DNA of 55,539 bases, from contig JAMCSF010000029.1 of NCBI GenBank assembly GCA_023380795.1, forward strand, positions 1-55,539, in the 5' to 3' direction. Numbering within the stretch: the first letter of the stretch is position 1; every line of letters starts with the position of its first letter. Positions 18,885 to 28,471 of this stretch are shown here, in pieces. Origin of the DNA: Candidatus Marsarchaeota archaeon (GTDB lineage: Archaea; Micrarchaeota; Micrarchaeia; Micrarchaeales; Micrarchaeaceae). The notes below the pieces were generated by a model. The model made no database searches, had not been told where the DNA came from, and saw nothing but the letters and a program-made list of their open reading frames with translations. Made by a program: the position numbers and the translations under genes.

Positions 18885-19280
18885 TTATTTCCTGATCAAG
18901 CCCTTTATCTGTTTGGTCAAATCCTTTATGTCTTCCAGCTCTTTTTCCTCCTTGCTGTTGAGGTGTATATCTCCCTTGCTTATCCCGGATTCTATCGCTT
19001 CCAGAAACGAAACCCATTCTTCAGCGTCTTCCCTGGTAAGCTCTATGAAGTTTTTGTCCTCAACGAAAACATTCAGCAGGTTTATTATCCTGGCGTTCTC
19101 TATGGGGTCGGCTCCCTCGTCTATCTTCTCTTTTGCGAAGTTTCGCAGCTCCCTTATCTCGGTGAGGCTCACATTCTTGTTTTCCTCAGAAAGGTCGCTT
19201 ATGTCCTTTACGAAAGAGCGTATCGCGCTGCTGAGTTTGCCTAGGGCCTCATTAAGGCTAGAAAGCTTTATACCCTCCAT
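18885..19280 (-). CDS. Hypothetical helical protein (131 aa)
   Basis: ORF with GTGA RBS and typical composition. Confidence 0.75.
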   Translation of the reverse strand: MEGIKLSSLNEALGKLSSAIRSFVKDISDLSEENKNVSLTEIRELRNFAKEKIDEGADPIENARIINLLNVFVEDKNFIELTREDAEEWVSFLEAIESGISKGDIHLNSKEEKELEDIKDLTKQIKGLIRK

Positions 19281-19432
19281 GCTATCACGGTATATTGCCT
19301 GCCAAAGTTTAAAACACTTTCAAAATGCGATAATCAAAAGCCTTAAATTAGTGAATAAAGCATATACTACTGCCAGTTACTTATGCACATCCATAAGTAC
19401 ATAAACAGGACATAAAAATTACCAGTGGTTGA

Positions 19433-20323
19433 TTGGCAAGCAATGATCATGGCCTAATAAAAAGGCTCGTATTCAAGCTAGTGAAAAAGCACATAGCCGG
19501 AAGCACCTCAGCTTCAGTCATACGTACTGTGAAGCAGCTCAACGACAAGAACGTCTCCGCAACTGTGACGTTCCTCAACGAGAACGCGGCCACTCCTCTC
19601 AAGATAAGGTACAACATAAACAGCTACATAGAAATGATAAAGCAGCTCTCGCGCCTGAATCTCGAAGCCGAGGTATCGCTCAGGCTGTCCCAGTTCGGGT
19701 ACCTGGGCAGCAAGGAACAGGCGGTCAACGCGCTGGACGAGATAGTGTCCATGGCCGACAAATACAAAAAGAGGCTTTGGATAGAGTCCGAGGGTGCCAT
19801 AATACAGAGCAGCATATTCGACGTCAGGGACAGGTACGAAGGCACCTCCGACGTTGGCGTGGAGGTTCCGGCGGACTACCTTGCGAAATATACCAACGGC
19901 ACAATACCGAAGCCAATGCTGTCCTACAAGTACGTCAAGCTCATGACCCTTGTACAGCAGGAATCGGGAACAGCACCCAAAAAGAAGGAAAAATCAAGGA
20001 AAGATTCACAGGAGGCGCTATATTACAAGTGCATAGCCAAGCTTGCGGAGAACGACGTGAATACGATAGTGTTCGGCCATGACGAGAAGATACTCTCGAA
20101 GCTGATGGCCGGCTCCAAGAGCTACAAAAAACATTTAAGGTTTGAGGTGCCATTAGGCTATAACAGGAAGCGCTTCGGAATGATGCTAAAGTCGGACCAG
20201 AAGATGAGCGTTTATGTCGCGTACGGCAAGGATTGGGTTCCATACGCCATAAACAAGCTCACTGAGGGCAGGATACGGGACATAGCAAAGGCCGTGCTGG
20301 ACGGCGAAAGCGGTGGCAAGTGA
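19433..20323 (+). CDS. Proline dehydrogenase-like protein, catalytically degenerate
   Basis: KHIAG, SLRLSQFG, GHD, VYVAYGKDWVPY follow the monofunctional PRODH layout. Confidence 0.75.
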   Translation: MASNDHGLIKRLVFKLVKKHIAGSTSASVIRTVKQLNDKNVSATVTFLNENAATPLKIRYNINSYIEMIKQLSRLNLEAEVSLRLSQFGYLGSKEQAVNALDEIVSMADKYKKRLWIESEGAIIQSSIFDVRDRYEGTSDVGVEVPADYLAKYTNGTIPKPMLSYKYVKLMTLVQQESGTAPKKKEKSRKDSQEALYYKCIAKLAENDVNTIVFGHDEKILSKLMAGSKSYKKHLRFEVPLGYNRKRFGMMLKSDQKMSVYVAYGKDWVPYAINKLTEGRIRDIAKAVLDGESGGK

Positions 20324-21342
20324 TGGAGCACCAAGCAGGCAATGAGGTTGTTGTTGATTTGGTTACCGGAGCGACATCGGCTTTAGGGCGAAGGCTTGTC
20401 GCTAGGCTCATTGACATGGGCCACGAGGTCAGGGCGGTACTCAGGGTGCACCCGTCAAAGTCAAACGAATGGATGGCCCTTCCTTCAAAAGTAAAGGTTT
20501 ACGTGGCTGATCTCACCCTAAAGAACGAAAACGATTCCAAGGTCTTGGAGGAAGCATGTGCAGGAGTCAATAACATATTCCACATAGCAGCTGCGGTGTA
20601 CAACTACAAGAACACGTATGACGACCTCATAAACATAAACGTCATAGGCACGGAAAACCTTCTCAACGCATATGAGGCAGCAAACAAGAATTCGAAGAAG
20701 CCCGTCCACATAATATACGCCAGCAGCATAACGGTATACGGATACAAGAGGTCCAACGAGCTCCTCTCCGAGAGCTCTGCTACAAAGCCCGCTAGCCCGT
20801 ATTCGGAAAGCAAGATGATGGCGGAGCAGGTCATAAAGTCGTTTGCAGATGCGAACAAGCTTATGAGGTATACCATATTAAGGTTCGGCACTTTCTACGG
20901 GCCTGACTACAAGGATTCGTACTTCAAGATATTCAAGCTCATAGAGCAGGGGAGGGCAATATATGTCAGCGGCGGCACCAACCACGTCGGGCTGATACAC
21001 GAGGACGATGCAGCAGCCGTAATGGTGCTTGCTATAGAGTCAAAGTCCAAGGACAATGAGATTTACAACATAACGGAAGGCGAGGACTACACGATAAAAT
21101 GGCTGTTTGAGTTCGTGGCTAACGCTCTCGGAGTGCAGTCGCCAAAACGCAGCATACCACACGCGATAGCAAAACTGACGAGCAAGATCGCAAACATAAA
21201 CTACGATGAGCTTGAATTCCTTGCGAGCGACAGGAAGATAGACATATCCAAAGCCAAGCGCAAGCTCGGCTTCAACCCGAAGCACAACATACGCAAGGAT
21301 GGCCTAATGCTTATAGAGGAATACAAAAAATCCAAGCAATGA
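20323..21342 (+). CDS. NAD-dependent epimerase/dehydratase (extended SDR)
   Basis: LVTGATSALG, FHIAA, NVIGTENLL, SSITVYG, YSESK, LRFGTFYGP. Confidence 0.92.
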   Translation: MEHQAGNEVVVDLVTGATSALGRRLVARLIDMGHEVRAVLRVHPSKSNEWMALPSKVKVYVADLTLKNENDSKVLEEACAGVNNIFHIAAAVYNYKNTYDDLININVIGTENLLNAYEAANKNSKKPVHIIYASSITVYGYKRSNELLSESSATKPASPYSESKMMAEQVIKSFADANKLMRYTILRFGTFYGPDYKDSYFKIFKLIEQGRAIYVSGGTNHVGLIHEDDAAAVMVLAIESKSKDNEIYNITEGEDYTIKWLFEFVANALGVQSPKRSIPHAIAKLTSKIANINYDELEFLASDRKIDISKAKRKLGFNPKHNIRKDGLMLIEEYKKSKQ

Positions 21343-21370
21343 GCGGATAAAAAATACGAAAGGTATAGCA

Positions 21371-22174
21371 ATGAATATCAAAAAGGGCAAAGTGGAAAGA
21401 TACATAGACGATACCCTTGAATCCAAGGGAGCGATGCTTTTCAGCCTCATAGATCCTGTGGATTATAAAAGCTGGAAGGACGTCATAAATACTGCAAAGG
21501 CGGTAGACAATGGGGGTGCAGACATACTGCTTATAGGCGGAAGCAGCGGAGTTCAGGGATCAATGCTCGATGAGGTCACCAAGGCAATAAAAGAAGCGAT
21601 AAGTATACCGATAGTGCTTTTCCCAGGCAATGTTGCCACCATAACAAAGTATGCAGATGCAATATATTTTCAATCCCTGCTCAACTCTCGCAACTCCTAC
21701 TGGCACGCGCAGGTGCAGATGCTTGGGGCTCCTGTCATAAAGATGGCAGGGATTGAGCCTTTGCCAGTTGGCTATATACTCGTTGCTCCGGGAGGCACTG
21801 CAGGATGGGTAGGGGATGCAAACCTTGTCCCAAGGGAAAAGCCCAAAATAGCAGCGGCACTCGCCCTCACCGGGCAATATCTGGGCAACAGGCTGATAGT
21901 TACCGATACCGGATCGAATCCAAGGCTGCAGGGCGGAGGCCCAATATCGCATGAAATGATAAAAGCGGTTAAATCGGCAATAGACGTTCCGTACATAGTA
22001 GGGGGTGGCGTAATTTCCGAGAAGGAGCTAAGGCTTGCGTACAGGAGCGGAGCGGACATAGTCCAGATAGGCACGGCTTTCGAGGATCACAGCAACATGT
22101 CAATGGTGCTGAAAAAGGCCAAGCTTTTCGCCCGTGTCACTAAAGAAGAGGGCCTTAAAAAGGTCAAGAAATAA
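21371..22174 (+). CDS. Geranylgeranylglyceryl phosphate synthase (GGGPS/PcrB family)
   Basis: LIDP, LIGGS, PIVLFPG, SLLNSRN, GYILVAPG, IVGGG, GADIVQIGT. Confidence 0.93.
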   Translation: MNIKKGKVERYIDDTLESKGAMLFSLIDPVDYKSWKDVINTAKAVDNGGADILLIGGSSGVQGSMLDEVTKAIKEAISIPIVLFPGNVATITKYADAIYFQSLLNSRNSYWHAQVQMLGAPVIKMAGIEPLPVGYILVAPGGTAGWVGDANLVPREKPKIAAALALTGQYLGNRLIVTDTGSNPRLQGGGPISHEMIKAVKSAIDVPYIVGGGVISEKELRLAYRSGADIVQIGTAFEDHSNMSMVLKKAKLFARVTKEEGLKKVKK

Positions 22175-22188
22175 ACGCACATGATAGA

Positions 22189-23307
22189 ATGAGGGAGCCA
22201 TCAACCCTTGAGCTTGCCGCCATCGCCAGGGAACTTGAGTTCCTGAACGGGTTCTACATAGAAAAGTTCTATGAGCTGCCTGGCCAGCAGTTCAGGCTCA
22301 AGCTCAACAAATCCGGAATAGGGCAGCAAAACCTGGTGATAGTGCCGGCCAGGTTTCTCGGCATAGCCAGCGTGCTGGAGCAGCAGGACCAGCCCACTAA
22401 TTTCTCCCAGGCGGTAAGGAAGCGGATTTCCAATTTTCACATAACCGGGCTGTCGCTGCTGAACGACGACAGAGTCCTCTCGATATCCATGGAAAAAGGG
22501 GACCAAAGGCAGAGCCTTATAATAGAAATGTTCGGAAAGGGCAACGTGATAATAGCAGATCCGGAAATGAAGATAACATTGGCATATTCCCGGCACGAAT
22601 TTTCTGACAGGAAGATATTTCCTGGCGAGACATATATTGCCCCCAAGAACAAGCGCATAACCATTAGCAACCTGCAAGACAAAAATGCCGTAGAAGAAGC
22701 AATAAAATCGGCTCCTAAGCCAAAGGAAAAAAATGTAATGCAAGCCTTATCTTCCATAATAAACATAGGCTCCATATATTTGGAGGATGCTGTGATACGT
22801 CTGGGCATAGACCCATCTGCGCCTTCTGATACACTTGCTGCAAATCAAATAACATCAATATCCGAAAAGCTTTCCTCATACTCTGCATACATAAAAGCGC
22901 CGCAGCCCAGAATCTACAAGGAAAACGGTTTCATGGTTGATTATTCCATATGCGACATCAAAAAATACGAGGGCATGGAACCTGAGAGCTTTGAATCCAC
23001 GTACGAAGCTCTGGAAAACTATTACCTCTCGCACAAGGAAAACCAGCTTCCAAAGACTAGCACCAAGGTCAAGGAGCTGGAATCCAGCATAAGGAAGCAG
23101 AAAGAGATAATAGAGCAGACTGCAAAAGAGATAGGCGAGCTGAAGAGCAAAGGGGACGCAATATACAACAACATGCAGCTGATAAATTCCATAATAAAAA
23201 TGGCAAGGGAGATGAAGCGCTTCAGCAAGGAAGACATAGAGCAGGCATTCGGGATAAAAGTTAACAATGTCAACCTCAAGGACAAGACGCTCACTATTGA
23301 GCTTTGA
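22189..23307 (+). CDS. NFACT/Rqc2 (RqcH) family protein, N-terminal half only
   Basis: FSQAVRKRI, DDRVL, IIEMFGKGNVII, Y.AP, HhH-like IGSIYLED, then a coiled coil; ends at 372 aa. Confidence 0.88.
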   Translation: MREPSTLELAAIARELEFLNGFYIEKFYELPGQQFRLKLNKSGIGQQNLVIVPARFLGIASVLEQQDQPTNFSQAVRKRISNFHITGLSLLNDDRVLSISMEKGDQRQSLIIEMFGKGNVIIADPEMKITLAYSRHEFSDRKIFPGETYIAPKNKRITISNLQDKNAVEEAIKSAPKPKEKNVMQALSSIINIGSIYLEDAVIRLGIDPSAPSDTLAANQITSISEKLSSYSAYIKAPQPRIYKENGFMVDYSICDIKKYEGMEPESFESTYEALENYYLSHKENQLPKTSTKVKELESSIRKQKEIIEQTAKEIGELKSKGDAIYNNMQLINSIIKMAREMKRFSKEDIEQAFGIKVNNVNLKDKTLTIEL

Positions 23308-23344
23308 GCCTTTCGGTTGCAATATAATTAAACGGAGTAATTAA

Positions 23345-24238
23345 ATGTTCAAGATAACTTTTCTGGGCACATCAGGCTCTGCCCCTACTAAAGAGCGGGG
23401 CCTATCCTCTGTAGCCCTGCAGCACGAGGGAACGGTCATGCTTTTCGACTGCGGCGAGGGCACCCAGAGGCAGATGCAGCTCTTCGGAGTCAACATATCA
23501 AAGGTCAGGCATATTTTCATAACCCATACCCACGCGGACCACGTGCTCGGGCTGGCTGGGCTTCTCAGGACAATGTCCCTTTACCACAGGCAGGATCCGC
23601 TTACAGTATATTTTCCAGAAGGCTATCAAAGCGTCATAGAGAGCCTCATAAAGTTCGACAACGCCATAATAGGCTTCGGCATAGTGCTAAAGGGAGTAAG
23701 GTCAGGCTCGGTGCTGCAGGGAGAAGATTTCTCAGTAAGGGCATTCAAGCTCAAACATTCTGTTACCTGCTACGGCTATTCGTTCGCGGAAAAGGACAAG
23801 ACGAAATTCATTAGCGAAAAGTGCAGGAAGCTCGGAATAAAAGGAGAAATGTTCAAGGAAATCAGCAAAAAGGGCCACATTACAATAAAGGGCGAAAGGG
23901 TCTATCTAAAAGACGTAACTGAACGCGAGCAGGGCAAGAAGTTCGTATACGCAACAGATACCAGGCCGCTTGCGAGCACAGCCAAGGCAGCGCAGCATGC
24001 CGACGTATTGGTGCATGAGACTACCTACGAAGACAAGCTGGCAAAGCTTGCGAAGGAACGAAAGCATTCTACAAGCGTGGAAGCCGCGCAGATAGCCAAG
24101 AAGGCAAACGTCTCGAAGCTCGTGCTTTACCACTTCAGCACCAGGTACAAGGATGCCTCTGTGCTCCTAAAAGAGGCGAAATCCATATTCCCAAATTCCG
24201 TAGTTGCATACGACGGCATGTCAATAACTGTAAAATGA
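23345..24238 (+). CDS. rnz: Ribonuclease Z
   Basis: FLGTSGSAPT, FDCGEGTQRQ, THTHADH, DTRP, HETT, HST, HFSTRY. Confidence 0.97.
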   Translation: MFKITFLGTSGSAPTKERGLSSVALQHEGTVMLFDCGEGTQRQMQLFGVNISKVRHIFITHTHADHVLGLAGLLRTMSLYHRQDPLTVYFPEGYQSVIESLIKFDNAIIGFGIVLKGVRSGSVLQGEDFSVRAFKLKHSVTCYGYSFAEKDKTKFISEKCRKLGIKGEMFKEISKKGHITIKGERVYLKDVTEREQGKKFVYATDTRPLASTAKAAQHADVLVHETTYEDKLAKLAKERKHSTSVEAAQIAKKANVSKLVLYHFSTRYKDASVLLKEAKSIFPNSVVAYDGMSITVK

Positions 24239-24294
24239 AAATTGACAAAGAATACGAAAACTTATAATAGTTTCAAGCAAAATATCCACTGCAC

Positions 24295-24366
24295 GGGCCC
24301 GTAGTCGATTGGTAAGACGTCTCCCTGACACGGAGAAGACATGGAGTTCGATTCTCCACGGGCCCA
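24295..24366 (+). tRNA. tRNA-Val(GAC)
   Basis: Acceptor GGGCCCG/CGGGCCC, anticodon arm TCTCC-CTGACAC-GGAGA, T-loop TTCGATT; CCA not encoded. Confidence 0.96.
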
Positions 24367-24374
24367 TCAAAAAT

Positions 24375-25271
24375 TTATTCGACTGTTCCTTTTGCGAATA
24401 TCCTTGGTGCCTTTTCCCTAACAAGAAGGAAAGTATCTCCCTTATCTAATGCCAGTGCCTTCTCCAAGGCAAACGTAATAGAGTTTCCTTCCATGCTCTC
24501 TACCTTTGCCATTGAATATGAAAAGTTCGACCCGAGGCCGTAAAAGTTTCCAGGTATTGGCTCCTCCTTGTTTATTTCAGCCAATTCTATCCTCGCTTTT
24601 ATCTTTTTCGAGGGCTGAATTTGCGATGTCGACAGTATGCTGCCCTTTTCTACGGAATCCGGCTCTATGTTCTTCAATCCGATTCCTATTCTCGTTCCCG
24701 TGCCAGCAGATTTCACGTCGACGTCCTGGCTCTGCAGTGATCTTACCAGAGCCTTCTTTCCAGAGCTGTGCCACAGCTCGTCGTGTACATTTATGGCCCC
24801 CTTGGTTACCACGCCAAGAGCCACTGCCCCTATTCCTTTTACGTTGAAGGCCTTGTCTATATCTACCCTGCACGTTTGGCTTGCATCGTCATGCCTTTCC
24901 ATGGAAAGTATGGTGTCAAGAAGCGTATCCCTGTCGCATACCTTGTAATTTTTCAATCCTGAGTTTTTTATTATGTCAGAATCTGCATTATCCGAAGTGA
25001 ATATTAGGTTCTTGGATAGCAGCTTTGAAGCCACTAGCAATTCGCCAAAAAGCCTGTCCATGTTTGCTGTGGAAAGCACTATGGTCTCGGAAATTGTCAA
25101 TATCTCGGCAAGGGCGTAAAATTTGTCCTCAACAGATGTCGGAACGAGTGCAGTTATTACGTTCCCGTCGATGCTCCTGTTGTAAAAGGTTATGCTGTTC
25201 TCCGATCCTTTTTTGCCTATGAATGCGGCGAGATCAACGCTGTTCGGCACTGCTATTATGTGATTTGACAA
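24375..25271 (-). CDS. Archaeal SelB-like protein (EF-Tu domain II, degenerate G domain)
   Basis: GKKGS..ITFYN, IDKAFNVKGIGAVALG, VRSLQSQD, GTRIGIGLKN; no GxxxxGK P-loop. Confidence 0.8.
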   Translation of the reverse strand: MSNHIIAVPNSVDLAAFIGKKGSENSITFYNRSIDGNVITALVPTSVEDKFYALAEILTISETIVLSTANMDRLFGELLVASKLLSKNLIFTSDNADSDIIKNSGLKNYKVCDRDTLLDTILSMERHDDASQTCRVDIDKAFNVKGIGAVALGVVTKGAINVHDELWHSSGKKALVRSLQSQDVDVKSAGTGTRIGIGLKNIEPDSVEKGSILSTSQIQPSKKIKARIELAEINKEEPIPGNFYGLGSNFSYSMAKVESMEGNSITFALEKALALDKGDTFLLVREKAPRIFAKGTVE

Positions 25272-25280
25272 TGAGACACC

Positions 25281-26054
25281 TCATCTGCGTACTCTTTTCT
25301 TTCTTGGCTTATTGGCTCTTTCTTTGCCTGTTCTGTATGCTGTATTCCTCTTTGCTTTTGCAGTTCTGGGTTTTCTATGCGTCCTTTTCGGTTTCTTAGC
25401 CTTTGCACCTATGCCGTGGCCGAAGCTGAAAAAGCCGAACCATAAAAGAAGTATTCCTATAAATTCCGAATAGTACAAGAATTCAGGGACTGCTGCTATA
25501 TAAAGCGTTCCTGCAATGCTCACTACTACAGTTCCAGCGATTATGCTTAGCATCTTTTTGTTCTTGCTCCTGTAATAAGAAAGCGCGGCAACCACCACCA
25601 ATATGAACGCGGCTGGGAACGTTCCGAGCGAAGAAATCGTCACTACTGAAAGAGGCAGAGGCCCGTAAACAACGTATGTTATTATCAGGTTCTTTATCGC
25701 AGAAGCCTGAAGCGCAATCACCATTGCAACGTCAATGACAAGTATATACACAAGATATGCAACTTTTATCCCGTTGCTTTTTATGAGGTAGAGGGAGCCC
25801 ATTGCTAGCGACTCTACCAAGAATACCACAAGGAATAGATATATATCAATCAGGGCTTCGCTGTACAGGTTCAGCGAGAAGATGCTCTCCAGAAGAACCG
25901 CAGCAGTAAATATCCACAAACCGAGCGACCAGAAACCGAAGCTTTTGACCTCTTTGTTGTTCTTCCACTTGTATGTCATAAAAGCTGCGAGCACTCCGCT
26001 AAGTATGGCTATTACGATTGTCGAAACGAATACTATTATTTCCAAACTCTGCAT
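25281..26054 (-). CDS. Approx. 7-TM membrane protein with very basic C-terminal tail
   Basis: Seven hydrophobic segments; start overlaps the cydB stop. Confidence 0.8.
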   Translation of the reverse strand: MQSLEIIVFVSTIVIAILSGVLAAFMTYKWKNNKEVKSFGFWSLGLWIFTAAVLLESIFSLNLYSEALIDIYLFLVVFLVESLAMGSLYLIKSNGIKVAYLVYILVIDVAMVIALQASAIKNLIITYVVYGPLPLSVVTISSLGTFPAAFILVVVAALSYYRSKNKKMLSIIAGTVVVSIAGTLYIAAVPEFLYYSEFIGILLLWFGFFSFGHGIGAKAKKPKRTHRKPRTAKAKRNTAYRTGKERANKPRKKRVRR

Positions 26055-27004
26055 CAATAACTACCAGTTGTGCTCTGCGTTTTCTTTATATAGCTAACGT
26101 AAACCATAAAAACCAATGACACTGCCAATATTGTGCCGCCTACAAGCGTTACCAGATTAACGTAGAACGCCATAGGGCCAGTGGCTAAATAATTGTTTAT
26201 GTCTGCAGTGCCTCCTAGCAGATAAGGGCTCTGCATGAATCCAAAGAAATTGACTGCAAGAAGGAACCACAGCACTGCAGCATATCTCGCATATTTATTC
26301 TTGGAATAATAAAGGTAAAGAGCTATTCCCAAAAGTGCCAGCAATCCTATCAGGTAAGGTGCCCCAGGGCCAAATGCCGCGGAAAACAAGTACTCCATTG
26401 CAGAGTGTGTTGCTATTGCAATTGCAATTATTCCCAGAATAGCTGCAAGCCCGGAAAACCATTTGTATTCCCTTACGTCGAAAAATACTGCTGCAACGAA
26501 AACCGAAAGCAGCGCTATGCCTATGAACATCAGTATGTTGAACGAGTTTACGAACATCTTAAGCATATTTATCGAATATGCAGAGGCGTTTATCCCTATC
26601 CCGCTTATCCCGGAATCAAGGACTGAAATGGCTATGAATGCGACCAGCAATGTGGCTATTGCATATATGTGCAGATAACGCTTTTCCGAGCTTTTGTCTC
26701 CCATATACTCGCTATACGAAAGGAATGCGTTCCTTAATATGAAGAATATGGCGGCAACGAGCAGCGGCACCACGAATATGGTGCCTACAAGCATAAGCAG
26801 CGACGGCACCGTGGCCTCAAGGTTTACAAGGTAGAAAACAGCGAAAGTCCCGGTAACCTCCCAGAGTGGCATAAGGAAGCGCTTCATCCTGTCTTTGTGC
26901 TTATCATACTCGAGCAGCATGGTGACAGCTATCCCTACTTCAAGCCCGAAGAGGGTAAGGAAAATGGAAAATATAAAATAATTTATTGAAAACATCAAGA
27001 CCAT
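26054..27004 (-). CDS. cydB: Cytochrome bd-type quinol oxidase subunit II
   Basis: PLWEVTGTFAVF, FFILRNAF, multiple TM helices, SPYL; directly after cydA. Confidence 0.88.
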   Translation of the reverse strand: MVLMFSINYFIFSIFLTLFGLEVGIAVTMLLEYDKHKDRMKRFLMPLWEVTGTFAVFYLVNLEATVPSLLMLVGTIFVVPLLVAAIFFILRNAFLSYSEYMGDKSSEKRYLHIYAIATLLVAFIAISVLDSGISGIGINASAYSINMLKMFVNSFNILMFIGIALLSVFVAAVFFDVREYKWFSGLAAILGIIAIAIATHSAMEYLFSAAFGPGAPYLIGLLALLGIALYLYYSKNKYARYAAVLWFLLAVNFFGFMQSPYLLGGTADINNYLATGPMAFYVNLVTLVGGTILAVSLVFMVYVSYIKKTQSTTGSY

Positions 27005-27006
27005 TT

Positions 27007-28353
27007 TTACACCTGCTCTTTCGATACCGGCCTGTCCTTAAGCAGCCTTTTTATCACCAATACTGTGAAAGGCAATACCGCAAGATAGAATGCCACGAAG
27101 AATATGACCAGGGGTATTATTGATGGGGAAGTGTTTGCCGCCTGGGAAACTAGCATGACGTTGTATACTATCCATGGCTGCCTGCCTATTTCTGCAGTTG
27201 CCCATCCTAGCTCCAGCAAAAATACTCCTACGACTGCAGCTACGACTAGAAGCACAAGCACCCACTTCCTGTCGAACGGGTGCATTTTGAATAGCAGCAT
27301 CAAGAATATAACCAGCATAAAGAGCCCGAATCCGAACCCAAGCCCTACTATGGTATCGAACATGAAATGCACTATCAATGGCGGCCACGTGCTTTGCGGA
27401 TACGAAGATAATCCAGGGACCGAGCCGTTTACGCTCCCTGTTGCAAGGAAGCTCTGCAATCCAGGTATGCTGGCTATTACGCCGGTAATCTTTCCGTTTG
27501 TGTAAAATCCTCCGAGCAATTCGGGGGCATGGGTCGTTGGGTAAAGGTCAAGCTCCATGGCCGCGTATTTTTCCGGCTGGAAGCTGTAAAGCCCTGATAT
27601 AGAAAGTATCCCTGTTATGACTGCAAAGAACGTTGCTATGAGCGTAAGGCTGAACGCTATGTTCAATCCCTTCCTGTAGTGCAGCCTTTCGTCGCCTTCG
27701 CTCTTCAGCATTCTATAAGCAAAATATAATATGAATATGAAGCCGCCTGCAAAGTAAGAAGTAGAAACTACGTGCGCAACTTCGATCAAAGTAGAAGGGG
27801 TAGCCAATACTGCAAGCGGGTGCACGTCAGCTATTATGCCGGTCTTCAGATATTCGGGTATGTTGAAGCCCACGGGCGTATTCATGAAAGCATTGAGCAT
27901 TGTTATAAAAACTGCGGAAAGCACGGCGCCCAAGGCCACAAGAACGCCAGTAAAGGCGTGTGCATAGCGGTTTTTGAACTTGTCCCAAGAATAAACGTAC
28001 ACGCCAAGGAATATCGCTTCCAAGAAGAATGCGAAAACTTCTATGTAAAGAGTCAGTATGGCTACCTTTCCTATCAAAACCATGAATTTTGGCCACAGAA
28101 AGAGCAGCTCGAGAGCCACAAGGGTTCCGGAAGCGGTGCCAACAGCGAAAAAGACAATGAGCATTATGGTAAGCCGTTTTGCAATCCTTGTATAATAAGG
28201 GTCCTTGCGTTTTATTCCTACTACTTCGGCAGCTACGATTATCACAGGCAGCGCAATGCCTATGACTGCCAGTATAATATGGACCCCGAGGGAAAAGCCC
28301 ATCAGGAATCTGTCGAAGTCAAATACGGGTATCAAGCAATCACTGCAAGCCAT
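27007..28353 (-). CDS. cydA: Cytochrome bd-type quinol oxidase subunit I
   Basis: HII, FAVGTASG, EVFAFFLEA, NAFMNTP, QPEKYAAME, GWATAEIGRQPW. Confidence 0.96.
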   Translation of the reverse strand: MACSDCLIPVFDFDRFLMGFSLGVHIILAVIGIALPVIIVAAEVVGIKRKDPYYTRIAKRLTIMLIVFFAVGTASGTLVALELLFLWPKFMVLIGKVAILTLYIEVFAFFLEAIFLGVYVYSWDKFKNRYAHAFTGVLVALGAVLSAVFITMLNAFMNTPVGFNIPEYLKTGIIADVHPLAVLATPSTLIEVAHVVSTSYFAGGFIFILYFAYRMLKSEGDERLHYRKGLNIAFSLTLIATFFAVITGILSISGLYSFQPEKYAAMELDLYPTTHAPELLGGFYTNGKITGVIASIPGLQSFLATGSVNGSVPGLSSYPQSTWPPLIVHFMFDTIVGLGFGFGLFMLVIFLMLLFKMHPFDRKWVLVLLVVAAVVGVFLLELGWATAEIGRQPWIVYNVMLVSQAANTSPSIIPLVIFFVAFYLAVLPFTVLVIKRLLKDRPVSKEQV

Positions 28354-28471
28354 GCCTTATAAGAAATAAACAACTATAAACTTTATTAGAAAAAATCCTG
28401 CTTGCAGGTAAATCTGCAAAAATTATAGAGAAGGCTTAAATTGGTTTGGCACGTACAAATCCTTCTGCGAT

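Noticed and set aside
24375-25271. Selenocysteine machinery
   Set aside because: The protein lacks the G1 P-loop, and no tRNA-Sec, selD or convincing in-frame UGA selenoprotein is present. The TGA at 66-68 is in a decayed transposase.
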